A stretch of 64,000 bases of DNA from assembly GCA_013166775.1 (NCBI GenBank), contig JABLTJ010000010.1, positions 1-64,000 of the forward strand, read 5' to 3'. Each line of letters begins with the position of its first letter. The stretch's first letter is position 1. Positions 21,170 through 29,052 of this stretch are shown piece after piece. The DNA comes from Promethearchaeati archaeon. GTDB lineage: Archaea; Asgardarchaeota; Heimdallarchaeia; Heimdallarchaeales; Heimdallarchaeaceae. The notes under the pieces were generated by a model. It was not told the DNA's origin, ran no database searches, and worked only from the letters and a program-made list of their open reading frames with translations. A program made the translations under genes and the position numbers.

Positions 21170-21700
21170 GTGACAACAATTAGAAAACAAAGAATAATCA
21201 AAGACTACGAATCTTTGAGGAAACTCCATAAGGATGGGATAATAGGTCAAGTGAAAGCATATCCAAGTAAAAAGAAATCAATGTATCATTTAGCAGTAGG
21301 TTTCAAGGGACCAAAAGGAACTCCCTACGAAGGTGGAAAATACAAATTAGAGATTTTATTTGGTCCAAATTATCCTTACAAACCACCATTTGTAAGATTG
21401 CATACACCTATCTGGCATCCAAATTTCTGGCCTAATCCAAAAGAATATCCAAAGAAAAGAAATATCTGTTTAGCACTAGTAGATAATGAATTAATTGGAA
21501 AACATGATGGTTGGTCTCCAAGCAAAAATATTACAACAGTTATACATTCAATTTTGGCTATGTTTAATGTTGATGGTGCATATGTAAATCCAAAGGATGT
21601 CTTCAATAAAGATGCAGCACTTGAATTTCTCAAAGATAAGAAAAAATTCACGAAGAAAGCTCAGGGAATAAGTAAGAAGTATGCAAAGTCTTACTGGTAA
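21170..21700 (+). CDS. Ubiquitin-conjugating enzyme E2
   Basis: RI.KD helix, GPKGTPYEGG, YPYKPP, HPN, catalytic Cys in ICL, WSP. Confidence 0.95.
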   Translation: MTTIRKQRIIKDYESLRKLHKDGIIGQVKAYPSKKKSMYHLAVGFKGPKGTPYEGGKYKLEILFGPNYPYKPPFVRLHTPIWHPNFWPNPKEYPKKRNICLALVDNELIGKHDGWSPSKNITTVIHSILAMFNVDGAYVNPKDVFNKDAALEFLKDKKKFTKKAQGISKKYAKSYW

Positions 21701-21742
21701 ATGAACGTATAAAAGAAACCATTGACATAGGAGTATTGAAAA

Positions 21743-22450
21743 ATGCATAACGATGAAGATAAGATTCCTGAGCAATACAAAGAATTATTGAAAAAAATTG
21801 AAGCTATTGAGAAAATCTTAGGTATGTCAGCAATAGATAAAATTGTTGAAGATATGGAAACTGAGAGTGAGATTGTTGTATCTGATGAGGACTTGTTAAT
21901 CACTCCAAGACCTGAAGTAACAATAAAACCTAAAGCCTATTTCAAATTAGCTAAACACGCATTAACATATGCAAATTCGAATATACCTAAGAGAGAGTGG
22001 GTTGAAATCATAGGTCTATTAACAGGGCAAATGGCTAAGGAAGGAACTCCTTTAGAACAAGTTATTGTAGATGACTATTGGCCTGTTGATCAAGGTGATG
22101 CGATAAGTGTTGAAATTGTGGATCAAAAAGTATTCACAGAAATCTTTCATAAAAAGGAATCCACCCAGTTCATAATTGGGTGGGCTCATTCACACCCTAG
22201 TTTTACACCTTTCTTGAGTGATGATGATTTTAGAACACATCTTAGGTATCAAACATTCTGGAACAAATCAATAGCACTAGTAATTGATCCTCTAATGATT
22301 TCTAGAGATGATTATGGTTTAGGTGTTTTTAGAATAGATGATGATAAACAATCCTACTATAAATTATCTATTGAAGTTGAAGGATTGAGCACTCAGGCTA
22401 GCTTTGAATCTATTGACTTATTCATGAAGAATGAAAAAGAGAATGACTAA
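21743..22450 (+). CDS. JAMM/MPN+ metalloprotease (Rpn11/CSN5-like)
   Basis: E(IIGLL)...GWAHSHP...S..D JAMM motif; ALVIDP. Confidence 0.93.
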   Translation: MHNDEDKIPEQYKELLKKIEAIEKILGMSAIDKIVEDMETESEIVVSDEDLLITPRPEVTIKPKAYFKLAKHALTYANSNIPKREWVEIIGLLTGQMAKEGTPLEQVIVDDYWPVDQGDAISVEIVDQKVFTEIFHKKESTQFIIGWAHSHPSFTPFLSDDDFRTHLRYQTFWNKSIALVIDPLMISRDDYGLGVFRIDDDKQSYYKLSIEVEGLSTQASFESIDLFMKNEKEND

Positions 22451-22479
22451 TCTATTGAGCATACAAGGTTGTAAAAAAA

Positions 22480-23622
22480 TTGGAATTGAATAATGTTAAA
22501 ACCTACTTAGCTATTGCAATTATCGGTAGTGTAGTTGGTTTTCTTTATCTGATAATTCAGAGAGAACAAGGTCTTCCAAAAACACTACTATTCTTTTACA
22601 TAACCTTGTATATCATCGCTTTTCTAAGATATGTTCTGGAAAGAAGACATTATAGAAAACATAAAGCTGTAACTGCTAGTACACAATTTCTAATCCTACC
22701 TTTCAGCGTCCTGTTCATGGGAAATTATATCTCACCATTTTCTAATTTTGTTGAGATTTTTGTAATCAATATTAATTTAGTTAGTGGAGATACTGTTCAT
22801 CTGTACTTCAACCTTATCTCTCTCTCTATGATTTTACCTTTGATAGTTTTATCTGTTCTTTTCAACAACTATTTCTCCGGAAAATGGCCAGCAATGGCTG
22901 TTAATAGAAAAATAAGACGAGGACGGCTTATTCCTTTCCTTCTTTTTACATTATTCGTCTTACTTCTGCTATTTGGTTTCTTTATAAATCTAAAAATGGA
23001 TTTTCTTAGTCTCTTCTTTGCTGTGATATACTTTGTGATGTTTATTGGATATTTCATAGTATCTCCCTTACAAAAATCAAGACAACGTACTGTTCAAAGA
23101 ACTCCTGCAGCTTCTACAAGAAGATCACCAACAAGAGCTTCTGCATCATCAAGACAACGTCCATCTACAACATCTACATCAACAAGAAGTAGGCGAAGTA
23201 CTTCTGCACAGACTAGTGGAAGAATTTCTTCTTCATCAGCTAGCAGAAGAAGAGCCGTAACCACAGCTCGAACTACTAGTGCAAAAATTGCCCCTGGAAA
23301 AGACATAACTACAACAAAGAAAGTAACTAGATCTACAACAGTAAGAAGAGGTACAAAGAATATTTTCCCTGTTGGAAGAGCTACTAAAGATGATTTAAAA
23401 TGTATTATCTGTTATATGGATTTCAAAAAATCTGAATCAAGAAAAGTAATTTTATGCCCACATTGTAAATATCCAGCTCATGCTGACGAATTCTTTAACT
23501 GGTTCCAACAATCAAAACTATGTGCAAGATGCAATAAACCCATTTCAACTAAGTATGTAAAATCTCCAATTTACAGAGTTAGTACAAAAGTATACATAGA
23601 AACTGTGATTGAGAAGATATAA
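22480..23622 (+). CDS. Multi-pass membrane protein with C-terminal RING-like domain (putative E3)
   Basis: ~6 TM, S/T/R-rich linker, CIIC-x14-CPHC-x4-H-x2-E..W..CARC. Confidence 0.8.
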   Translation: MELNNVKTYLAIAIIGSVVGFLYLIIQREQGLPKTLLFFYITLYIIAFLRYVLERRHYRKHKAVTASTQFLILPFSVLFMGNYISPFSNFVEIFVININLVSGDTVHLYFNLISLSMILPLIVLSVLFNNYFSGKWPAMAVNRKIRRGRLIPFLLFTLFVLLLLFGFFINLKMDFLSLFFAVIYFVMFIGYFIVSPLQKSRQRTVQRTPAASTRRSPTRASASSRQRPSTTSTSTRSRRSTSAQTSGRISSSSASRRRAVTTARTTSAKIAPGKDITTTKKVTRSTTVRRGTKNIFPVGRATKDDLKCIICYMDFKKSESRKVILCPHCKYPAHADEFFNWFQQSKLCARCNKPISTKYVKSPIYRVSTKVYIETVIEKI

Positions 23623-23704
23623 AAACTATAGAAGCCAAATGATTTAAAAGCAAGGTTTAGTAATAAATTTCTGTAAAATTAAAACGAGCATAATAGGTTT
23701 TAGT

Positions 23705-24292
23705 ATGGGAACAATAACACGTTTGACTTGGTCTTTCCTACTTTCTTTGTCGTTAGTAGGAGTCTCTATCTACTATTTTATTGAAGGAGACTCTCAAATG
23801 GGACGTCTATTTGTTTTCCTAGCTATTTTTGCTTTCCTATCATTTTTCTTTCTTTTCCGGAGTATGTATTATCTTAAGCATAAAGCAACATTCAATGAAT
23901 TCATCTTTGTTTTTGTTTTACCTTTGATTCCAGCATTGATCCTTCTCGCTCAAAAGTTGTTTGGGATAGATGCAATGTTTCTTCTTTCAACTGGGGAATT
24001 AACAACTAGTTTCATAGATTATGAATTTTATATTAATGCCATAGATTTGATGTTACTACCTTATTATCTAGCCAGTAATTTCCTGCTTTTCAGAACATTT
24101 GTCAGATACCCATTTATTAGATTCAGAAGTACAAGTGAAAAAGGTATTCCTCCAAAACTATCCGGATTTCTATTGATGATTCTAATACCAACATTAAACA
24201 TTGTAAGTTCTGTATTTTATTTCAATAACCTATTTCTACTTGTGTTTGGAATGATTTACTTCTATCTAGGAACAATAGCTCTATTTGTTTAA
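23705..24292 (+). CDS. Multi-pass membrane protein, paralog of the TM domain of 22480
   Basis: Shared Y.KHKA, F.LP, Y.N.I.L..LP and F..IYF motifs in the same order. Confidence 0.75.
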   Translation: MGTITRLTWSFLLSLSLVGVSIYYFIEGDSQMGRLFVFLAIFAFLSFFFLFRSMYYLKHKATFNEFIFVFVLPLIPALILLAQKLFGIDAMFLLSTGELTTSFIDYEFYINAIDLMLLPYYLASNFLLFRTFVRYPFIRFRSTSEKGIPPKLSGFLLMILIPTLNIVSSVFYFNNLFLLVFGMIYFYLGTIALFV

Positions 24293-24399
24293 ATAGAACC
24301 TTGAAACGATTCTCAATATTCAATAAAGAATACAACTTTTCTTTCAAAATCAGAAACTGTTTTTAAACTGATAATAGATAACTAAATATCAATATTAGG

Positions 24400-24993
24400 T
24401 TGGGAAAGAAAATGATTCCTCGCTGTGCTGTTTGTGGAAATCGAAGTGTTACTACTAAATATTTCAATTCTAGAACAAGGAAACTTTACTGTTCTAAAGA
24501 GTGTATGCAAATTTCAAATAGAAAGAGTTTTTTGTATGTTAGCATTTTCATGATAGTTGTAACACTTGCTGGTGGTATATCTGCGTTTATTCTTCTTAGA
24601 GAACAAGATCTAATATTATCTATTGCTCCACTCATTGTTATAGGTTTTGGTGTTCCTTTCAGTCTCTATCTATTTACTCAATATCTAAAAGGGAGACAAT
24701 TAGTAAAATCAAGAAGTATCGAATCTGAAAATATAATTTATTCATGCCTATTTTGTAATCATGAATATGAAAACAGGATTTTTGGAGCACCTACAATATG
24801 TCAAAAATGTGGAAAAGAATCTCCTTTTTGTGACATTTGTTATGAATATATATTTGCTGGAAAACCTGTCTACCAAATACAAAACTGTGGACACATATTC
24901 CATAAAACTGATCTCTTAGACTATCTTGAGAATGAAGAGACCTGTCCAAAATGTAAACAAGAAATAAGTTCGATTAACTTAAAAATCAAATAG
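24400..24993 (+). CDS. Two-TM protein with zinc fingers and C-terminal RING-H2 (putative E3)
   Basis: CAVC..CSKEC; 2 TM; CLFC..CQKC; CDIC-x15-CGHIFH-x2-D...CPKC. Confidence 0.85.
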   Translation: MGKKMIPRCAVCGNRSVTTKYFNSRTRKLYCSKECMQISNRKSFLYVSIFMIVVTLAGGISAFILLREQDLILSIAPLIVIGFGVPFSLYLFTQYLKGRQLVKSRSIESENIIYSCLFCNHEYENRIFGAPTICQKCGKESPFCDICYEYIFAGKPVYQIQNCGHIFHKTDLLDYLENEETCPKCKQEISSINLKIK

Positions 24994-25021
24994 ATGTTTA
25001 AAATCAAGTTTTCAAAAGTAT

Positions 25022-25783
25022 CTATTTTGGTTTCTTCTGTTTAGGTTTCTTTTGTTCTGGTACTTTGTATCTCAAAGGTGTCTTCTGCTTTGGAATCTTT
25101 TGTAGAGGTTGTTTTTGTGCTGGGATTTTGGTTTTCTTAATCTCTTCTATTTCTCTGGTTACTGGTGTTTCCTTTTTCTTTTTCTCCTTTCTTTCTTCTT
25201 TCGGAGCTGGTCGCGATTCTTTACTTTTAAAATCAGAGAATTTTTCACTATCATTGATTGGAGGTGACCCCTCTTCTTTCTCCCTCTTTTCTTCTCTTGG
25301 AACTGATTTTGATTCTTTACCTTTAAAATCAGAGAATTTTTCGCTATCGTTTATTGGAGGTGGTGTTTCCTCTTTCACCTTCTTCTTAGGTGGTTCTTTG
25401 TCTGGAATATATTTAATGGGTTTTTTTTCTTTGAGTTTATCTTGCTTAGGAATTTTCGACTTGGGTATTTTTTGTTTTGGAATTCCTTTACTTCTACTCT
25501 TTGTTTGATTGAGCTTCTGTTGTGTAGGTTTTTTTTCAGTAATCTTGCTCTTGGGTATTCCTTTATTTCTTCTATCTGCATTCAAATCCTTAATTTCGGA
25601 CTTAGTGGGACTACTTATTTCTTTAGTTTGCTTCTGTTTTCTTGGTGGAACAATATATTCCTCTCTTATTTTGTGTTTAGGAGGAGTATCTTTAGGTATC
25701 TTTGTTTTTGGTATTTTTTCAGATGGGATTTTTTGTTTTGGTATTTTCGAGTTAACTCTTTTCTTCTCCTTTTTTCTTGCCAA
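25022..25783 (-). CDS. Lys/Pro-rich low-complexity repeat protein
   Basis: TTG start with GGTGG SD-like motif; many KIPK(Q/S/T) units; PPINDSEKFSDFK occurs twice. Confidence 0.75.
   Translation of the reverse strand: MARKKEKKRVNSKIPKQKIPSEKIPKTKIPKDTPPKHKIREEYIVPPRKQKQTKEISSPTKSEIKDLNADRRNKGIPKSKITEKKPTQQKLNQTKSRSKGIPKQKIPKSKIPKQDKLKEKKPIKYIPDKEPPKKKVKEETPPPINDSEKFSDFKGKESKSVPREEKREKEEGSPPINDSEKFSDFKSKESRPAPKEERKEKKKKETPVTREIEEIKKTKIPAQKQPLQKIPKQKTPLRYKVPEQKKPKQKKPK
25215..25362. repeat. Intragenic 52-bp direct repeat, 96-bp period
   Basis: 25215-25266 and 25311-25362 both encode PPINDSEKFSDFKxKES. Confidence 0.85.
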
Positions 25784-26010
25784 TTGAAACCCACCTTTAA
25801 ATCAAATTTCTCTCTTAAATTAAGAACCTCTGTACTATTTATTTCTATGTTAATTATATTGTTTCTGGTAGTCCAATAAAAGGTTCTAACACTATAATAG
25901 TTTATTTAGAATCTTAAATAAGAAATATTTAAAATTTCGATACTAAAGATATTCTTAAAAGGTTATATTTGATAGTAAAACTTGATTTATAACATAAGAG
26001 GTTGGTATAA

Positions 26011-26367
26011 ATGAGCGAAGAATTTGAAGAATTATCCTTCGATGAAGAAGAGGAAGAAATTGAAGAAGTCGTTGAAGAAGAAATCGTATCAAAAACACCT
26101 TCAACTAAGACTCCAGCTGGAAAGAAAATAAGTGTTTATTTCCAAAGCACAATTGGACCAAGTCCAAAACAAGAAAAACTAGTAGTTGCAACTGATGCAC
26201 CTATTGATGATATAAAATACACTGTAAGTCAAATCTTTGGACTTCCACCTGAAGAATTTCATCTTTCTCATGCAGGAAGAACCTGTGATCCTGGCGATAC
26301 TTTTGAAGACTACGGTGTTGAAGACGGAGACACTGTATTACTAATACCCGTTTCTACAGCAGGATAA
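26011..26367 (+). CDS. Ubiquitin/SUMO-like modifier with acidic N-terminal extension
   Basis: Beta-grasp pattern ISVYFQ..LVV..PIDDIK..GLPPEE..L..AGR....T.EDYGVEDGDTVLL; ends in STAG. Confidence 0.9.
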   Translation: MSEEFEELSFDEEEEEIEEVVEEEIVSKTPSTKTPAGKKISVYFQSTIGPSPKQEKLVVATDAPIDDIKYTVSQIFGLPPEEFHLSHAGRTCDPGDTFEDYGVEDGDTVLLIPVSTAG

Positions 26368-26389
26368 ATTTGTTTAATATTTTTTAGAG

Positions 26390-26445
26390 AGAGAATCAAG
26401 GTTCTCTTATCTTTTTCTTTATTTTCTATTCATCTTTTCTTTCAC
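26390..26445 (+). terminator. Hairpin plus T-rich tract after the Ubl gene
   Basis: agagaa-tcaagg-ttctct followed by a long pyrimidine-rich run. Confidence 0.4.
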
Positions 26446-26510
26446 TGCCTAAAGGAAATAAAATAAAAAAGTTGAAATATAAGAATCAATGATTTTGAGT
26501 ATATACTATA

Positions 26511-27788
26511 ATGAGTGTAATCACAATGAATCAAGACACTAGAAAATCAAATAATTCAAACTTCTTCAGTGAAGCTCTTAGTTCAGTAGAAAGAGTAAGA
26601 TTTGATAGACAACTAAGACTTCCAGGTTGGAATCAGAAAGCTCTGAAAGATTCTACTGTTCTCATAGTAGGTGTAGGAGGATTGGGAACAGAAGTAGCAA
26701 AGAATCTAGCAATGGCAGGAGTAGGTGTTCTACATCTAATAGATTTAGACATCATTGAACATTCTAATCTTAATAGACAAATTTTATTTTATGATGCTGA
26801 GGAAGGAGAACCCAAATCAAAAGTTGCTGCTCGAACACTAAGAAAAATAAATCCTCATAGTAGGTATATTTGGCATTACTCAAATCTTGAAGATGTTGAT
26901 CCAGAGATATATGCGACAGCTGATTTATACATAGCTGGTCTAGATTCTGTAACAGCAAGGAATGAGCTAATACGTAGGGCTGTTCATTTTAAGAAACCAA
27001 TGATTGACGGAGGAACAGCAACATACTATGGGCATGTCTATACATATCTACCAGACGAAAATTCTTGTCTGCAATGTGATCCTCAAAGAGAAAGAGAGCG
27101 AGAAACTCTTGCAGCTTGTACTCTCGTAGGTGTTCCTAGAAAGAGATCTCACTGTTTGCTGAAGGGACAACTATTTTTTGAATCAAAGCATAATAGACCA
27201 CCAGATACAACTGTGGTAGATGAAGTGAAAATAGCTTTAGATTATGCTAATGATTTGGTAAAAGAACATTTTCCTGACTCAGGTTTATTCACTTTGGATG
27301 AGGCTGTAAAAATGATTGATCAACATGATCCAACGGTAATTTCAATTAATGCAGTAATAGCTTCAATCCAAACTCAAGAATCATTAAAACTATTACATCA
27401 TATTAAAGGAATTAAACTGGGGACAGTAAATCCAGAATATCTGATATACAATGGATTAGTAGGGAAGTTCTTCTATATAGAAAAACCACCCAACAAGGAA
27501 TGCCATCTATGTGGTTCAAATGCACCAATAATTGAAACTATTGAATTGCCTGATACATCTACACTAGACATGATACTGCCAATTATCAAGAACAGAGGAT
27601 ACACCTTTGATCCTGAGCTACTACCTAATTTCTGGCTAATGGATTTGAAAGAAATGAAAGAAGCGCAAAAAGGTTTTACTTTGAAAGAACAAAAAATAAG
27701 AAACTACGAAACAGTTTATGTGACCGGTCTCTCAAAAGATAACGAAGAAATTGATGTTTATTTACGGATTTTATTAAAGAGCAGATAG
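26511..27788 (+). CDS. Ubiquitin-like activating enzyme E1 (Uba2/Uba3-like)
   Basis: RFDRQ, GVGGLG, SNLNRQ, GLDS..AR, CLQC...CHLC zinc site, catalytic ACTLVGVPR...HC, C-terminal UFD-like segment. Confidence 0.93.
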   Translation: MSVITMNQDTRKSNNSNFFSEALSSVERVRFDRQLRLPGWNQKALKDSTVLIVGVGGLGTEVAKNLAMAGVGVLHLIDLDIIEHSNLNRQILFYDAEEGEPKSKVAARTLRKINPHSRYIWHYSNLEDVDPEIYATADLYIAGLDSVTARNELIRRAVHFKKPMIDGGTATYYGHVYTYLPDENSCLQCDPQRERERETLAACTLVGVPRKRSHCLLKGQLFFESKHNRPPDTTVVDEVKIALDYANDLVKEHFPDSGLFTLDEAVKMIDQHDPTVISINAVIASIQTQESLKLLHHIKGIKLGTVNPEYLIYNGLVGKFFYIEKPPNKECHLCGSNAPIIETIELPDTSTLDMILPIIKNRGYTFDPELLPNFWLMDLKEMKEAQKGFTLKEQKIRNYETVYVTGLSKDNEEIDVYLRILLKSR

Positions 27789-27806
27789 CAACTCATCTTT
27801 TCTTAG

Positions 27807-28715
27807 TTGTTGAGAAGACCTTCTCATAAAAAGAGAAAGATTAATAAATGCTTCTTTCTACCCCTAAATGTGCAAATAAAAAAACTTAGCAACTATAATC
27901 CTGATAAAGAAGTTGAAATAAATGTTAAGGATATGGTTGCATGGAATTTTATTAGAGTTGACAGATTTCTACAATATCTTAGGGACAACAGAAGGGAAAT
28001 ACTAGAAATTTTCATCACCAATCTAGAACAAAAGTACACTTCAGTAACTAGAACGAAATACAAACTATCAGATATAGATATTTTCACTGAAACTTTCGAG
28101 AAACTCCAAATAGTAAAGAACCATCCTAATCTTCTAGATTCAATCATTAATCTCGTTCTTTCAGCTCTAGAAATCACTTCTGATTTTAAATGGGAATCAT
28201 CTGTATTGAATGTCGCACAGATAACTACAAAGAGAGCTTGGTTAGATTCTCATATTTATTTCTCTGAGCTTCTTACAGAAATGCTAGATAGAGAAGAAGC
28301 GATAAATTTTCTTCGAAACTATTTTGTTTTTAATGTGAATGAATATGGAAACATAAAACAACATGAATCCTTACAATCTGGTTTTAAGTCAGATTATGAG
28401 AGTGGTAAAAGAGATGAGAACACAAAACTTGTTTCGATTTTACTAAATGAAGGTCTATATGCTACAAGAGTTGATATATGTATGTTATCTGAAGCATTGA
28501 AAGAATATCCTGATTCTGAAATCAAACATACAGTTTGTTGTTCTGCTGATCATGCTATAGTGAAAAAAGCAAATGAAAATTTTGTCTTGACAAGAACATC
28601 AACATTGATGAATGGTCCTTACTGTGATTTCTGCTGTCATGATACAAGAATCATGGAAAAGATTGAGCATCCTTCAAAGGAATTTTATGAAAAGCTTGGA
28701 GAAAGTGAAATTTAA
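27807..28715 (+). CDS. ATC-hydrolase/V4R-like family protein, copy 1 (likely start GTG 27870)
   Basis: DIC...CCSAD...LTRTSTLMNGPYCDF. Confidence 0.8.
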   Translation: MLRRPSHKKRKINKCFFLPLNVQIKKLSNYNPDKEVEINVKDMVAWNFIRVDRFLQYLRDNRREILEIFITNLEQKYTSVTRTKYKLSDIDIFTETFEKLQIVKNHPNLLDSIINLVLSALEITSDFKWESSVLNVAQITTKRAWLDSHIYFSELLTEMLDREEAINFLRNYFVFNVNEYGNIKQHESLQSGFKSDYESGKRDENTKLVSILLNEGLYATRVDICMLSEALKEYPDSEIKHTVCCSADHAIVKKANENFVLTRTSTLMNGPYCDFCCHDTRIMEKIEHPSKEFYEKLGESEI

Positions 28716-29050
28716 TGGCAAAAAAATACCCAGTAAAAATAACTATTGTAAGAAAATTCAGCTCAGAAGAAGTATTTGGGCATGAACACTACTATCCAGA
28801 TGGTAGAAAATCAACTCTATGTCCACATTTTGACGAAAATGAAGAAATAATCATCGATCATGCTTACATCGATTTACCATCTGATTGGCCTTGTTCATGG
28901 GCATGGATGGACTTATGGAAGGATTTATCAGTTTTATCCCTAGGAGGAGATTTTAGTCACACTGAACCTAGAATAACATATACAACCTGTAGGGATGGAA
29001 CCAAACCAGTTGTTTTCAAACTGGAAAGAATAGAAGAAGAGGAAGAATAA
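28715..29050 (+). CDS. TIGR04076-family small Cys protein
   Basis: CP..., C.WAW, C.DG..PVVFKLERI; start overlaps the upstream stop (TAATG). Confidence 0.85.
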   Translation: MAKKYPVKITIVRKFSSEEVFGHEHYYPDGRKSTLCPHFDENEEIIIDHAYIDLPSDWPCSWAWMDLWKDLSVLSLGGDFSHTEPRITYTTCRDGTKPVVFKLERIEEEEE

Positions 29051-29052
29051 TT

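Noticed and set aside
25065-25879. Plus-strand Phe/Leu-rich ORFs overlapping the Lys-rich gene
   Set aside because: They are antisense shadows of a repetitive A-rich coding strand; the synonymous pattern in the repeat and the SD-like motif favour the minus strand.
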